Source: Moniliella sp. 'wahieum' (Eukaryota). Taken from it: 64,000 bases of DNA. A program made the translations under genes and the position numbers. The stretch spans positions 124,001 through 188,000 of the forward strand of contig RSEE01000059.1 in NCBI GenBank assembly GCA_003971905.1. Reading direction: 5' to 3'. Each line of letters begins with the position of its first letter. The stretch's first letter is position 1. The notes below the pieces were generated by a model. That model did not search any database. It was not told the DNA's origin and worked only from the letters and a program-made list of their open reading frames with translations. Positions 22,478 through 34,974 of the stretch are shown in pieces.

Positions 22478-24930
22478 ATGCGCGTCGTGCCCCCCCTCGG
22501 TGCTGGTCACCGTCCTGCGCCCTTGCCGGCGTTCCGGACGACCTGCAGTCGGCCAGTGCGAGCAACACTCGCCAGCCCAGCCTGCTCTCCCGCTCCATGG
22601 CCTCGCTCCGGCGCCGAGTGACGCCTACGCGACCCATGGGTGCCGGTCATGATGCACAGCCGTCGCAGCCGGACACGCGCCCGCTGCTGAGCGCGGCGGA
22701 TGCGTACCTGTCCTTACCCGACCAGCCCCAATACCACCAGCAGGACCGCGGCGCCGGCTGCTCGCCCGACATGGCCGAACTTGCGCCACCCGCCGACACA
22801 AGGGCACAATCCACTGTCACCTCCACCGACACCTACCCAATCCTCAGGCCCAGTTGGGATTACGTCAATGTCACCGAGCCCTCGCTCTTCATCCGGCCAC
22901 TCGTCCTCCGCTCCACTCGCCGACACCCTCGGTCGCGGTCTTGACCCCGCCCCCTTCTCCGGTTCCGGCCCCGACGCCCAGCTGCACCCCCACCCATACT
23001 CATCAGGGCCAGGTGCCACTTCTCCATGGCCCATGGCTAGTACGCCCTCGGGCTGCTCGACGAGCCCGAGCCTCCGACCCACGACGAATCCCGAAACCAG
23101 CTTCTCCCGTCGACCCTTAGTCCCAGTGCCCCTCCGTCATGGACTGCGTTGGGCCTCGGTCGCCGCCGGCGAAGCAAACGCCAACGTGTCCCCACCGACG
23201 GCCCCCCGCCAAAGGCCGGGCGTTGTGCATCATCCTTACCCTTTTGCCTTGTTCGTCTGTCTCGGCGTGGGGTTGGGTGTCGGTCTGGGGCTGGGTCTTC
23301 CGAAACGATCCTCACACCTGGCCGCCAGCGGCCATATTAAGCTCCCCACTCCCCCCACAAATGCTGTCTTTCTTCGCTGGGCCCCTTGTCCGGGCCAAAC
23401 GGAGGCAACAGTACCGTTGATGCACTCCAGCCGCTGGGCTGACCCGGCGGGAGAGGCAGTCAGTAATGCCACTCTCGGCGTGGTGGTCCAGCATGGCATT
23501 GATCGCGACTTTCAAGTGGCTTTTTCCGACCTCGCACCGCTGTTGGACCTGAGCTCGGCAGTGCTTATCGCCCCCAACTTTTACTTGCCTAGCGACTCAC
23601 CTACCCTCAACCACACAAGCAACACCTACTCCAACTGGTACAATGCCTCTGAGACAATGGCATGGAACAACTTCACTGATTGGGTGGGCGGGGCCGACCC
23701 TGTTGCGCCCAACTCCTCTCTTGTCTCTTCAAACCAAATGGTCGGGAAAGCAAGCAATGCAGCACTTACGACGTCTACGACGGTCTGGTTGCTCTCTTGG
23801 CCAATACTACACTCTATCCTAATCTGCGACACATCATCATTGCTGGCCATTCGGGGGGGGGCGCGTTCGTGGCTCGCTATGCGCTCATGGCCGCCAATCC
23901 GCCCGTCGCGCCCCCAGGGCATACCAATGTGACGGTCCGATATGTTCACGCCAACAGTCCCAGTTTCCCTTACTTTAATACCATCCGACCCACCGCCACA
24001 AGTGATCTGGACTGCCCCGGCCAGAACAAGTGGATGTACGGGTTGAATATGCCAAACCGGTATGCCGCCAAGCGGCTCGCCAAACCCGTTCGAGCACTGT
24101 TTCGGTGCGTATCCCCCCCATCCCCATCCCTGCCCAGTTGTGAGCCTGGTGGCACTACTAACCCCAACTATCACCCGATCAGACGGTACATCGAGCGAGA
24201 CGTGGTCCAGTTGCAAGGAAACCTGGATACCCGGGCTCAATTCCCCAATGACGACTACACATGCGAGGTGGAGGCGCAAGGCGGCGACGACACCAGAGAT
24301 CGCAATTATGCCTGGTGGATCTACAAGAACCTCATGGCCGGCTCACCAACCAACGTGACAGCGCTGCCTTTCTATACCAACCTAAGTGCCCTCATCGCTC
24401 CTAGCACAGCATTCGAGGTCACCACGCTCCCCTCGACCACCCCCTCAAATCCGGGATCGGGGTCGGGGTCAGGATCGGGGTTGGGATCAGGGTCCAGGCC
24501 GTCCTCCATCGATTCGTCCAACGGATACCTTGTTTCCGCTGCGACACGGCCGCAGGACCATCTCCTGGGCATCCGCCCTTTCCGTCATCGCTTTTGCCTC
24601 GTGGATAACGTGGGCCATGTGGAACAGCTGATGTGGAACTCGAGCTGTGGCAAGGCCGCGTTCGACCCTTTACAAGGCACCCCAACCACTCTTAATGTCA
24701 CATCCACCACCGGTTGGCCTGCTTTCCAGCCTCCGCTGTCGTCATCTTCTTCCCTTCAATCGCTGCATCCCGCAGGGCCGAATAATCCCTTTCCGAACCT
24801 TTCCGAACTGCTTTTTTTTCATTCGGCCCTCATCACCATTGTATGCATCTCACTTTCCTCGTTGCGCCCAACTGGCTCCATCCCCTCTTCTTGCCCTTGC
24901 ATTTCTTTCTCTCGGCTGGGCCGGTCCTGA
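22478..24930 (+). CDS. membrane-anchored alpha/beta-hydrolase-fold protein (start uncertain, frameshifted)
   Basis: TM segment (LFVCLGVGLGVGLGLG), VVVQHG oxyanion-like motif, IIIAGHSGGG nucleophile elbow, RYVHANSPS, QGNLD and VDNVGH; many N-glycosylation sequons. Confidence 0.75.
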
Positions 24931-25408
24931 CGACGACCAGTCCGCCAGAGCCGCACCTTTTCCTCGTTCTGTCTCTGCTTATGTTACTCTGCTTTGTTGA
25001 TCACCTCCAGCACCCGTCTTCATCGAGGTCCTCCTGGACACTCCACCCCTGGTCCTCTCCTTTTTTTGCGCCTTCGCCATCCCTTCCCTCTCTACCTGCT
25101 GCCATGTCGATTCTTGCATCACAATCTCCCCACAAGTGCCCCTCCCCGACAATAAAAAAGGAGCGCCACCTTGAACAACGTGAGTTGCCTAGCCGTACTT
25201 TCTGTCCACGGTCTACGATCCTATTCGATGTTTGCGCCTTTTGTATTACCGAAAAAAATGGTGTTACATTATGGACATTGCAGCGTACAAACAACTCAGC
25301 CAAGGCGAGCTGGATATTGAATCCCGCCCCGAAGGATAGAAGCGTTTCTGGCCCAAGAGGGAAATGGGCGGGCAAGCGGGAAAGGAGAGAGAAAGGCAGG
25401 AATGAAAG

Positions 25409-27280
25409 TCACACCTCGGCCCGTTCGCGGACCAAGCGCAAGTACGCACTTTTCGTTAGTCGTCGGAAGGTCTTGCCCCAGATCATCATGGGGATACAGA
25501 GCAAAATAAAGAAGAGGTCCAACACGGCACATGCAATCATCGTGTTCTCAATCCCGCTTGCATCGATCCAGGGCTCTGTGCATACAGTTCGTCAGTCGTC
25601 CGGGCATGGCTCTGTGAGGAAGGGAGCTGGAGCTGGAGTAAGGAGGCGGCGGAAACGTACCAACAGCAAACGTGAATCCACATGCCATGCCGTTGTTGAT
25701 CAAAGCAATGCATGCCATGCCTATACATCAAATGTGATCCACAGGGGTCAGAATCATTCCACCACTTTCATAGTTGGGGAGGGAGAAAGAGAGGGGCAGG
25801 AGTAAAAGACGTACCTTCCATCACACAGTCCGGGTAAGCTTCTGCCACATAGTCATGGACAAGTCCCACAGCAGCCAAAGCCAAAGCCAATGAAGCCGAG
25901 CGCCACATACGGCGCACCCCAGGACCAGCCCCGGGCAGTTCCGATCCCAAACACGAGCATGCCAATAAAGCTAATGAAGGCGGCCGGAATCATAAACCAC
26001 AAGCGATCCTCCGCTTCACGACGGCCCTGGCGGCGGGACGCGAGCCAAATGACAAACTTGTCGTTGAGCCAGCCGCCACAAACAGCCGATCACCGAACCG
26101 ATCAAGCAAGGCACGTTCATGATCCCGTCGGCAGCATCGCCATAGTTCCAAGGTGCCTCTGTCCAGTTGTCCTCCTCCAGGGTGAGGTAGAAGGAGAGCC
26201 AGGCGTCTTGGGCACCCCATTGCAACCACATGTAGAGGATGGCAGGGAAGAAGAGCAGACAGGTCAAGCCGAGGCGTTTCCAGTACTGCACAAAGCCCGT
26301 GCCCTTTAGGTTGTGGGCGAACGTAATGGGCTGGATGCTTTCCCAGTAAGTTTTTTCCGCTCATGCGCCCGGGAGCCCGATCCGGGGGCCAAGGCACCCG
26401 ACTCGAGCAGCGTAGGGCGCAATCCCATCCCCCTTGAGATTCTTCTCCTTTTCCAAGCTGGTGTTGGATCCAATCTCATGGTCTGGCGTGGGCATGACCA
26501 CCGTCTCGGCCACCAATGGCTCCCGGTTAAACATGGTCTCCTCCATCCCAAATAGCAGGACCACGATCGTGCCCGCCGAGATGATGACGGCCCACCATCC
26601 AATCCAGCGCCAGCCAAACGTTTCACTGTCTGCAATAAAGCCAGCGATCAGAGGGCCAATGTACGTGCCGATGGAGGTCGCCATCACGTACAAGCCCAAC
26701 GCCGCACCACGCTGGTGGTCAAACGACACGTCGGTCAGTGAAAGTTGCACGTTGGCCTCGGCGCACGACTCGCTTGCGCCGACAAACAGTTGGTTCCAGA
26801 TCGAATCACTGGGCGTCTGGATCTTGGCAAACCAGATCGCCCCGGCCAACCCGACAGCATCGACAGCATGTACACACACTTGCGCCCGTACAGCCACGGC
26901 AAGGGCGCGGTAAAAAAGGTGACAAGACCAATAGCGGCAAACAAGACGCCTTTTGGTAGTTTAATAAGAGGAAAAAGAGGCAAACAGGTCAGCCGACATA
27001 CATCGGGATTCGACCAGAATACGTACCAGCGCCGGTGTTGGCGTACGAATAAGAGATGCCCAGTTGGCTCTCCATGCCGCCCTGGCCTGAGCCGGCGTCA
27101 TGGATGTGGCGGCGGTGAGGCCGACGAGGTAGCAGCACAGCAGGCCGTTCCAAAAGCGACGGCTCCAGTGCCAAGTGAGCGGGTCGTTGGGGGAGTCGGT
27201 TGGGATGGGAAGGAGGATGATCTCGTTGTGATCGAGCAGCTCCCACGAACCGGGAAGCTCCTCCGGTGGGACAAGGCCAT
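25409..27280 (-). CDS. MFS transporter, HOL1-like, multi-exon
   Basis: LLPIPTDSPNDPLTW, LYGRK, NQLFVGASESCAEANVQLSLTD..DHQRG..LGLY, GPLIAGFI..GWRWIGWW, QWGAQDAWL; C-terminal WGKTFRR...RERAEV*. Confidence 0.88.
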
Positions 27281-28202
27281 GGGAGCGACAGAGAGAGGGG
27301 AGGGGGCGAGGCGGGGTATACACGGCTAGGGAGGCGCCCAGTGGGTGTTCCGTCTTGCAAGGGAGGGGAGAAGCAAGATGCGTTTACTTGAACGGAAGTC
27401 AATACTCGGTATGGCTGCCCCTTCTATACTTGCCCTGGTTCCCCTGTGGCGGCCAGGCGGGTGCGTCAATCGGGATACACTCTCTTGCTACGGGCACCAC
27501 CACCCGCGCGAGTCAGGGAATATACACTGGCGTGTGCTTGAGATGTGATTTCGGGGACCGGCGCTTCGCTGCCCCTGGTGGCTACGCTGGGGCACTGGCG
27601 CCCTGCGGCGTAGCCCAACACGGCCCCGGCACAGCGGCCGATGCCTGAGGCCGGAGGGACAGATAAGGCTCAAGAGTCGATTCACCCATCGACATCACTG
27701 GTCACGTGTCTTAGATGTCTGATATCAGCACGCGAGCGCAGGCGCACCGCCAACACCGCCTCTGCCGCTCTCGGATGGGCCACTGCCTCGCACGCTCGCG
27801 CCCTCCGGGTGCTCAGCGTGCTTAGCGATCGCAACGCCTCCCGGCAGTTCGGCCAGCGCAGCCCAGAGCACCCAGCGCTCGGCGCTCGCAGCGCCAGCAC
27901 TGGCACCGGCACCTGGCTCTGCTATTGCCTGTCCCTCAAGTCCGTGTCTTGGGATATCGATGATTAATTGAGTTTCGCTTTCGCTCTCCTCCCATCTACA
28001 TCTCGTTGTCGGTGGTTTAGTTCGGAGTTCGGGAGGAGCTTGGCGCCAGACTGACATGCCCCGAACAACGATATCCCTCCCCCTTCCCCCCCGCCGCAGA
28101 GCAAAACACAGAGAGATACTGTGCAGATGAGCTCTCGGTGGACACCATCGCCTACAAACGCAACCACCCACAAGTTATGCATTAGACCCCTCAGGCCTCA
28201 GG

Positions 28203-28244
28203 GACTAGTGACTAGTGACTAGTGACTAGTGACTACTGACTGGT
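28203..28244. repeat. (GACTAGT)n tandem repeat of a palindromic core
   Basis: 4 perfect and 2 degenerate 7-mers. Confidence 0.9.
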
Positions 28245-29489
28245 ACCATTACCGCAACCCCTCTTAGATCTCACATCTCACAGGCATCATGCATCACAAA
28301 GGATACGTCTCTCGCATTGGCGCCACAGACCTGTAAATGACTCCTGCTGACCGAGAGATCTCCACAATCTAAGATCGAATATCTAATCTTTATGTCGTTT
28401 TGTTCCTGTTCCTGATGCAGCACATGTGTATCATGCTCCTCGAAGCAAATGCCGCTCTCTACGACTAAGTTTAGCTCCGCGAGCGATCGGAGCATGGCTT
28501 AGAACCACTCTGCAGCAGAAAACCTGAGATCCGAGATGCGACGTATGACAGAGATCTCTCCCCTTCTTGCCCCCACATTCGATCCGCGCTAGGCGCGCTC
28601 GCTTTCAAATTTCACTCCTATAACCGCTGTAACTTCTACTTATACATAGAAAAGCTGTCCCTGTGTTGCCACAATATATCCAACGTCTCTTCCTCTGTTT
28701 GATACACTGGCAGCCGGCGAACCTCATCGGCCTCTACGGACATCAGTGTCTTCAATCACGTCTCCGGCCTGATGGCAAGCAGCACAACTGTGCCGGATAG
28801 GAAACAAACGGGCGCCTTTTTTCACAGACAAGGCGGGGCGGCAAAGTGGGAGCCACAAGTCCTCAAAAGCGCGTTTTACTGACGGCATCTAACAGAAGAA
28901 AAGAGACAGGAGACAGCAACGAAAGGGGAAGACGGAGAATGATTAATGAACAGAGACAGTGCCCCCACGGCGTATACCCTTAGAGAAGCATGTGCGGCAG
29001 AGTCTGACAGCACCCCCCTAACGTCTTGCTCTTTCTCCGCTCGCTCCACGATGGTGTACCAACTTTGGCTGTATCCGAGTTGGAGACCCGATGGCTTGTG
29101 ACATGTGACATGTGAGGGAGGCCTGAGGTCAAGCGCGGTTAGTGGTTAGCGCTTGTGAGCCAGGCCACGCCCACGCCACGCCACATCACGTGACGCAAGT
29201 TTGAAGCTGTACTATTTCATTTCAAAACCAGGCCGATCCGAAAAAATACGCCGCTGCTGCGGCCAACAAAGGCGCAGCGCAAGTCATGGCCGATGAAACG
29301 GGGTACACTGGCCTCGCACCTGGAGGAATAACCCTACAATTGCAGCCGCCGCCTTCATCTTCCGCTTGCGGGCTGTGGCCATGTTCTGTTTCCTCTCACC
29401 ACTTCTCGCGCGCCTGAGAGTCTCTTTGAGCTAAGGTCCTTTGGACGGATTATCAGCACGCACCCCCCTATTACTTCCTTTCGATCACC

Positions 29490-29942
29490 ATGAAGCACGT
29501 CGCCGCTTACCTTCTGCTCGTCTCGGGTGGCAACACCGCGCCTCGGCTAAGGACGTTACCCAGCTCCTTGCCACCGTTGGCATTGAGCCCGACACGGAGC
29601 GCTTGGACAAGGTTGTCGCCGAGCTGTCTGGCAAGGACGTTTCCGAGGTGCGTAGTGTCTCTCTTTTTTTGGCCGTGCCAGTCCCAGTCCCAAGCATTTG
29701 TTTTGGGACTCACGGATGAACTTGCCCCTTTGCCGGATGCAACCCGCTAACCTTGGATATCCTCAGCTGATCGCCGCTGGTGCGGAGAAGCTCGCGTCTG
29801 TTCCTGCTGGTGGCGCTGTCGCTGCCGCTGCCCCCGCTGCCGGTGGCGCTGCTGGCGGCGACGCGCCCGCTGCCGAGGAGAAGAAGGAGGAAAGGAAGAG
29901 GAGGAGTCGGACGACGACATGGGCTTTGGTCTGTTTGACTAA
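29490..29942 (+). CDS. RPP2: 60S acidic ribosomal protein P2
   Basis: MKHVAAYLLL..GGN, LIAAGAEKLASVP and EESDDDMGFGLFD*. Intron about 29648-29766; two indels. Confidence 0.97.
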
Positions 29943-30547
29943 GCGCCTGGATTCTCTCTCTTGCTTCCTTGGCATGAAGATGGACGGGTGGCATTTCAAT
30001 GGCCGACTGGTCTAAGTTTGTCGCTGCCGCTTGTGGCCGTTTCTTTCCACGTAAGCTTCCTGCTCGGCTTGGCCTTGTAGGGGCTAGCAAAATGCCTGGT
30101 CGATATTGAATGGGATTCTGTTCAACGGTCATCCGATTGTCGTAGCACGTGTTATGCTTACCCATGTAGTTCTCTGTAGTTGAACTCAGGGCAAGTGGAT
30201 AAAAGAGAAAACATCGGAGCTCTAAGGCCTGTTGATCGATGATGAACCGGACCTTGGCCAACCCCACGTCGAGCCATGGCGACGACAGGATGTACATGTG
30301 AGGCGGGAGAAGCAATCTAGTACAGAAGGAGAGGCAGCACGCTAATTTCGAAGGGGAGAAGATCTAGAAGATGTGTAGGGTGCAATAGGTATCAATACAG
30401 TACAGACCACAAAAGGCGCGGGCGGCCTGAGGCATGACGAAAAGACTATTGGGAGAAAGTAGGGGAAAAAAGTCCGAGTACACCATGTGGGTGATGGGAT
30501 AAGAGGGGCAGGGGCAAAAGCGGTACGGCAGAAAGGAGAAGGTGAGA

Positions 30548-31738
30548 TTACCACACAGGTGTGGCCATGGGTTGCCGGGCCTCTGGGCTAGGTGGGATAG
30601 CAGTAGGGTAGGCACGGCGAATGGGGAGGCCACCGGCTGTAATCATGCTAGCAATCCCGCCCGCTGCAGTGTTTGCGCCTTCCAACCCGCTCACAATCGA
30701 GCTGAGCGCGCCTACGTTGCCCGCCGCAGCAGCCGAAGAAGCGAGTGGGTTGTTGGCAATGATGGAGCTGGCCACTGCAGCAGCGCCCGAACCCGTACCC
30801 GTACCCGTTGATCCGGATAGAAGAGATCCCAGGCTAGGGCAGTCGACATTCACCTTCACGTTGTTGACAGGGATGCTGAATTGGACGGAAAGGACGGATA
30901 CTTTGATTTTGAGATTGACATCCAGCGGGATGGTCCCGTCTCGCTTGGCCAGGATGTGGGAATCCGGTCCACGCCGGCGCAAATTGTTTGTCAAGCTCGA
31001 CAAGTTGGTCAGACCCGAGACATCCCATCCACACCCACTGGCCACATCTTGGAAAATGGCAGCGTTGTTCAAGATCTCATTGGCTTGAACCAGGGCTAGT
31101 TGGACTGGCAGTGCAACTGTCGTGTTAGCGTTGCTGGCGATCTTGATGTTGGTTTGTTTGGCTGTACCAATTGGATGGTCCCGAACGTTGGCCTCGTAGA
31201 TGGTGGCATTGATTGTCTTGACCGTTGCGCTGATCGAGTTGGGGTTGGAAACGCCTGCGTAGACAGTGGTGTTCAAGTAGAGCGCTTCATTCGCCAGTCC
31301 CAGCTGGGGATCTGAATAACCCGACACGCCCACATTAGGCGGGCGGGCATACTGCCATAACGGAGACGTCAGAGGCATGAAGGGTTATAGAGGCGGAGAA
31401 CGTACCATCACAGCGAGAAGAATGCCCGACGCAACACCAATGACGGCCAGAAAAACAAAACAAAAGATGGACCCAAAGAGCTTGGCACAGCCATTGCGTT
31501 CCGCCAAGCGAGACTTGTCCTCGGCGGTCCAGATCGAGTCGCCGCGGTAGGCACGCCCGGTGATCATGCCGTATGTGCTTGGGTGGGCGGAATGGGAGCC
31601 GCGGGGCAGACTATCTTCCTTGTCGCCGGGAGTGTCGGTGTAGGAGGCGTAACCACCAGGCTCGTCGTAGCGGCCCTGGGCGTAGTCGTTGGTGGGGTAC
31701 TGCCCATACACATGTTCGTACGCTCCGTTGGTGGCCAT
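30548..31738 (-). CDS. single-pass membrane protein with an LEA_2-like beta domain
   Basis: N-terminal cytosolic part, TM helix (IFCFVFLAVIGVASGILLAVM), intron, then RPPNVGV...VSNPNSISATVKTINATIY..IGTA...I.SNANTTVALPV. Confidence 0.7.
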
Positions 31739-34074
31739 GGTGGGCGGGGGTGGTGGGGCTGCGGCCTAGGGGCTGAAGACGGAAGCTTGAAGGGAGGGCG
31801 GTGGCGTGTCTTGGCAGTCGCCAATTGCTAGGGGCAAGTCGCTTGTTTCTAGTCAGTCACTGGTGGCGGCTGCACGCCCCGGTGGCTCTCCGAGGCTCTC
31901 CGCCGCTCTCCGCGCTCTCCCTCTCTCGCGGAGCATCGGGATCCCGATGTATGGGCAACAGTGTGGCAGTGTGGCAGTGTGTGGCCCCGCTGCGCAGCAG
32001 CGGCGCAGTGTCAAGTGCGCCCCCATGCCCCTCGTCGGGTTCTGGCATCATCGATCATGTCCATTAATATATCACGCCTCGGGGATCGATCTGAGATGAG
32101 AGGGTGAGCCTCCTCCTGTCTGTTGCCATTTTCTCCTGGGCGGCTTGATCGCATTGGCATCCTCCAGCGTGACCAGTGACCGTCATTAGTGCGGTGCGTG
32201 AGGACATGTGACAGCAATCCATCTATGTTTGTCGTTCGCACTTGAAGGCTTCTTGGGACAACGGCATTGCGCTTCGCTCGGCCGGCTCTTGATGAGACCT
32301 GGAGTCTGGATGATTATCGAGGGTGATGCATTCGCACTGGTAGTGGCGGTCTAAACCAACCAGCAACGCCTTACCGATGAACTTTATCATCAGCAGCGAG
32401 TCGCCACCAGGGGCTAAGCTGTGCGGAACAAGGAAAACAGGAGAGAGAAAACAACGGAACTCCTACTGGCCTGAGGAGGAACGGAAAGGACGTTGGCCAA
32501 AGCCACAGCCCACCCGGTATATATTAGCTCGATAGCCCTTGTGCTCCTATAAATATGAGGTGACCGTGTCTCCGGTTGTCAAGCCCTCCAAACGTTCTAC
32601 TCGTTTTTACACGAGAGTGCGTTGTTGAGCCTTCTACCTTTTCCTGCTTGCCTTTCCTTGTGTCATCGGGACCACCGGCTAGCGGGGTTGCGGACTAGCA
32701 GTTTGTGTTGAGGCGGCCGATTCCCGCGGTGAGACGATGGAGGGGATTAGAGCGTAAATGTTGAACGTTTTGATGGCATATCACGAGCTCAACGGCATCC
32801 GTTGCTTGTCACACGTCACCGTTGCCCCACCTTTTGGCTTCCATTTCCCCCTGACTCCTACCCGGATTCGTGCAATCTCGACTCCTAACCTAACTCGTTT
32901 CATCCCTCTCTTCCCCACGTCTTGATTCCTGGTGCTTCTCTCGACCATAGACGGTAGTTTGTCGCCAGCCTGACTGCCTCCCGGCTATTGCAACACTTGC
33001 GCCCACTACCAGGCTGAGAGACCGATGAAATGATGATGATGCATCCTTGAGCTGATGCTGCCTGATGTACCTGATGGAGATCTCATCTCCAGTGCTGCCA
33101 TACTACTAGAATCAGTGAATAAGGCCTAATGACCCTCGAGGGGGATGCAATCGCATTAGTAGTAGTATAATGGTGGTGGTGAGAGCGGCATTCAAGCTTC
33201 AAGCCCGCCAAAGATACGTACAGGGACAGTCAATGCATTAGTTCCACCTGGCCTGGCCGCGGAACAAGGAAAAACAGAAGTGGCTAAACAAGCTCATAGG
33301 CCTGTGAAGCGGGACTGTTGAAGAGACGGACCTTTTAGCCGCAATCACACAGGAGCAATGCAACTCCGTGAGATGTATCAGCATCAGCATAATTAATGCC
33401 ACACACACCTCCTCACACGAACCCAACGTCGCTCTCGCGTTTATGGCTGCCGAAATACCGTCTCGGCATTCCAATACTCATCGAGCATCGGGGGCATTAT
33501 GGGCGTAGGTAGAGTAGTAGCAGACGCATTAAAAACGTAAGAGAGGAGGCGATGAGGGGATGGCTGTGTATGGCAGCCTCCACTCAACCACGTTGAAGGT
33601 CCACACACGACCAGTCCTCCTGAGGGGCCTGTGGCCCGATGGTGTCATGGCAACATGAAGACGGCGAATTTGATGAAAGACGACGATGAAGACATACACA
33701 ATCAAGGCAAAATGGGAGAGCACCGTGAAACGGAAGGCACGGTGAACACACGTACGAGATCTGGGCGCACACAAAAACAGCATACAGTCTGTCCATGGTA
33801 CAATTAGAATACGAGTAGGATATACGTAGATGCATTCCACGCGAGATGTGCTACTACTCTATTAGTATAGTATACTCAGTACGGCACTTCTCTGTATACC
33901 ACTATACAACCTCAGCATATAACGTTTGTCCGATTGCGAATCGCTGTAATATAGGGCCTCACCGGAGTCAGTAATGTTCATTGGTTTTGAGCCATATATA
34001 TAGAGCCCTTTATTCTTGAGCTAAACAATGCCTTATCCGAAGGAACGAGATCAGGTTTCCAGTTTTTCTTCTCC

Positions 34075-34974
34075 CTAGATGCTGATCCCTACCCCGGATT
34101 CATACCACGGGTTGGGATGATTCCAATGCACCGGGATCCGAAGAACGAGAGTGATAGCCGTGACGTAGGCTACCGGCACGTTGGGTGCAACAGTGATATA
34201 TCGTGGACGTACACCCACGCGCACGATCGTAGCGATACCCTGGATGGGCGTGGTGGTGGTCCGAAGAACCCATCCGGCGTCGGTGCGATACAAACCCCAA
34301 GTCTCCCCCAGGAGAAAGTAACCTTCTGCTGTTCAGGGTCAATCGACATGACTTCCTGTCCCTTCATGTGGCCCACAAAGCTGCCTTGCGTGCTAGGACG
34401 AAGGGCGAGGATCTGTTGGCCTGACAGGTCACATATCCTCTCGGGCACGTACCCTGTTTCGTCTCTTGGCCAAGTGTACTCCAAACGAAAGAGCGGGGAC
34501 CTGTCCTTGCGTGTCTTCCGACAGGACGAACAACAGATATATCAGATTAGCAGAGTGGCCCAGAGCAAAAACCAAAGTGTTCCGGCCAAATCCGAAAGGA
34601 TGGAAAGAAGACCAACCTCTACGACCGGATGGGAACCGAGTGAAACGCTTGGGCCCAACAACAAAGGAGGTCTTATGCTCATAAGAACAAAGTTCGGGGG
34701 GCTCCGAGTAGGCTGGGGGATTGTCATCGGGCGCATCTCCCAAAAAGTCATCCTCCTTTGTAACCGTCTTTGTAGAAGCCGTCACTTGACTGGAAGCTAA
34801 CGATCCCCACGATTGGGATGGGACGAGGTGGCCGGTATTTGATGGTAGCACGTGTTGGGGCTCCTGCATTTGTTGCTGTTGCCAATTGCGTGGCACCTTA
34901 TTTGTTCTTTCACCATCATTGCGGTTACTGAAGAGTTTGGAAAGCATTGTGGCCGGGGAGAGGAGGTTCGACAC
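34075..34974 (-). CDS. hypothetical protein with a PPAY motif (joined across frameshifts)
   Basis: ATG downstream of a TATATA element; disordered N-terminus with NPPAYSEP; adjacent minus-strand ORFs give beta-strand-rich sequence ending near 34075. Confidence 0.5.

Noticed and set aside
28203..28244. CRISPR-like or telomeric array
   Set aside because: No spacers, eukaryotic context, only about 6 short units, and not TTAGGG-like.
33335..33365. Pheromone-like CVIA motif on the minus strand
   Set aside because: It is not followed by a stop codon, so it is not a C-terminal CaaX.
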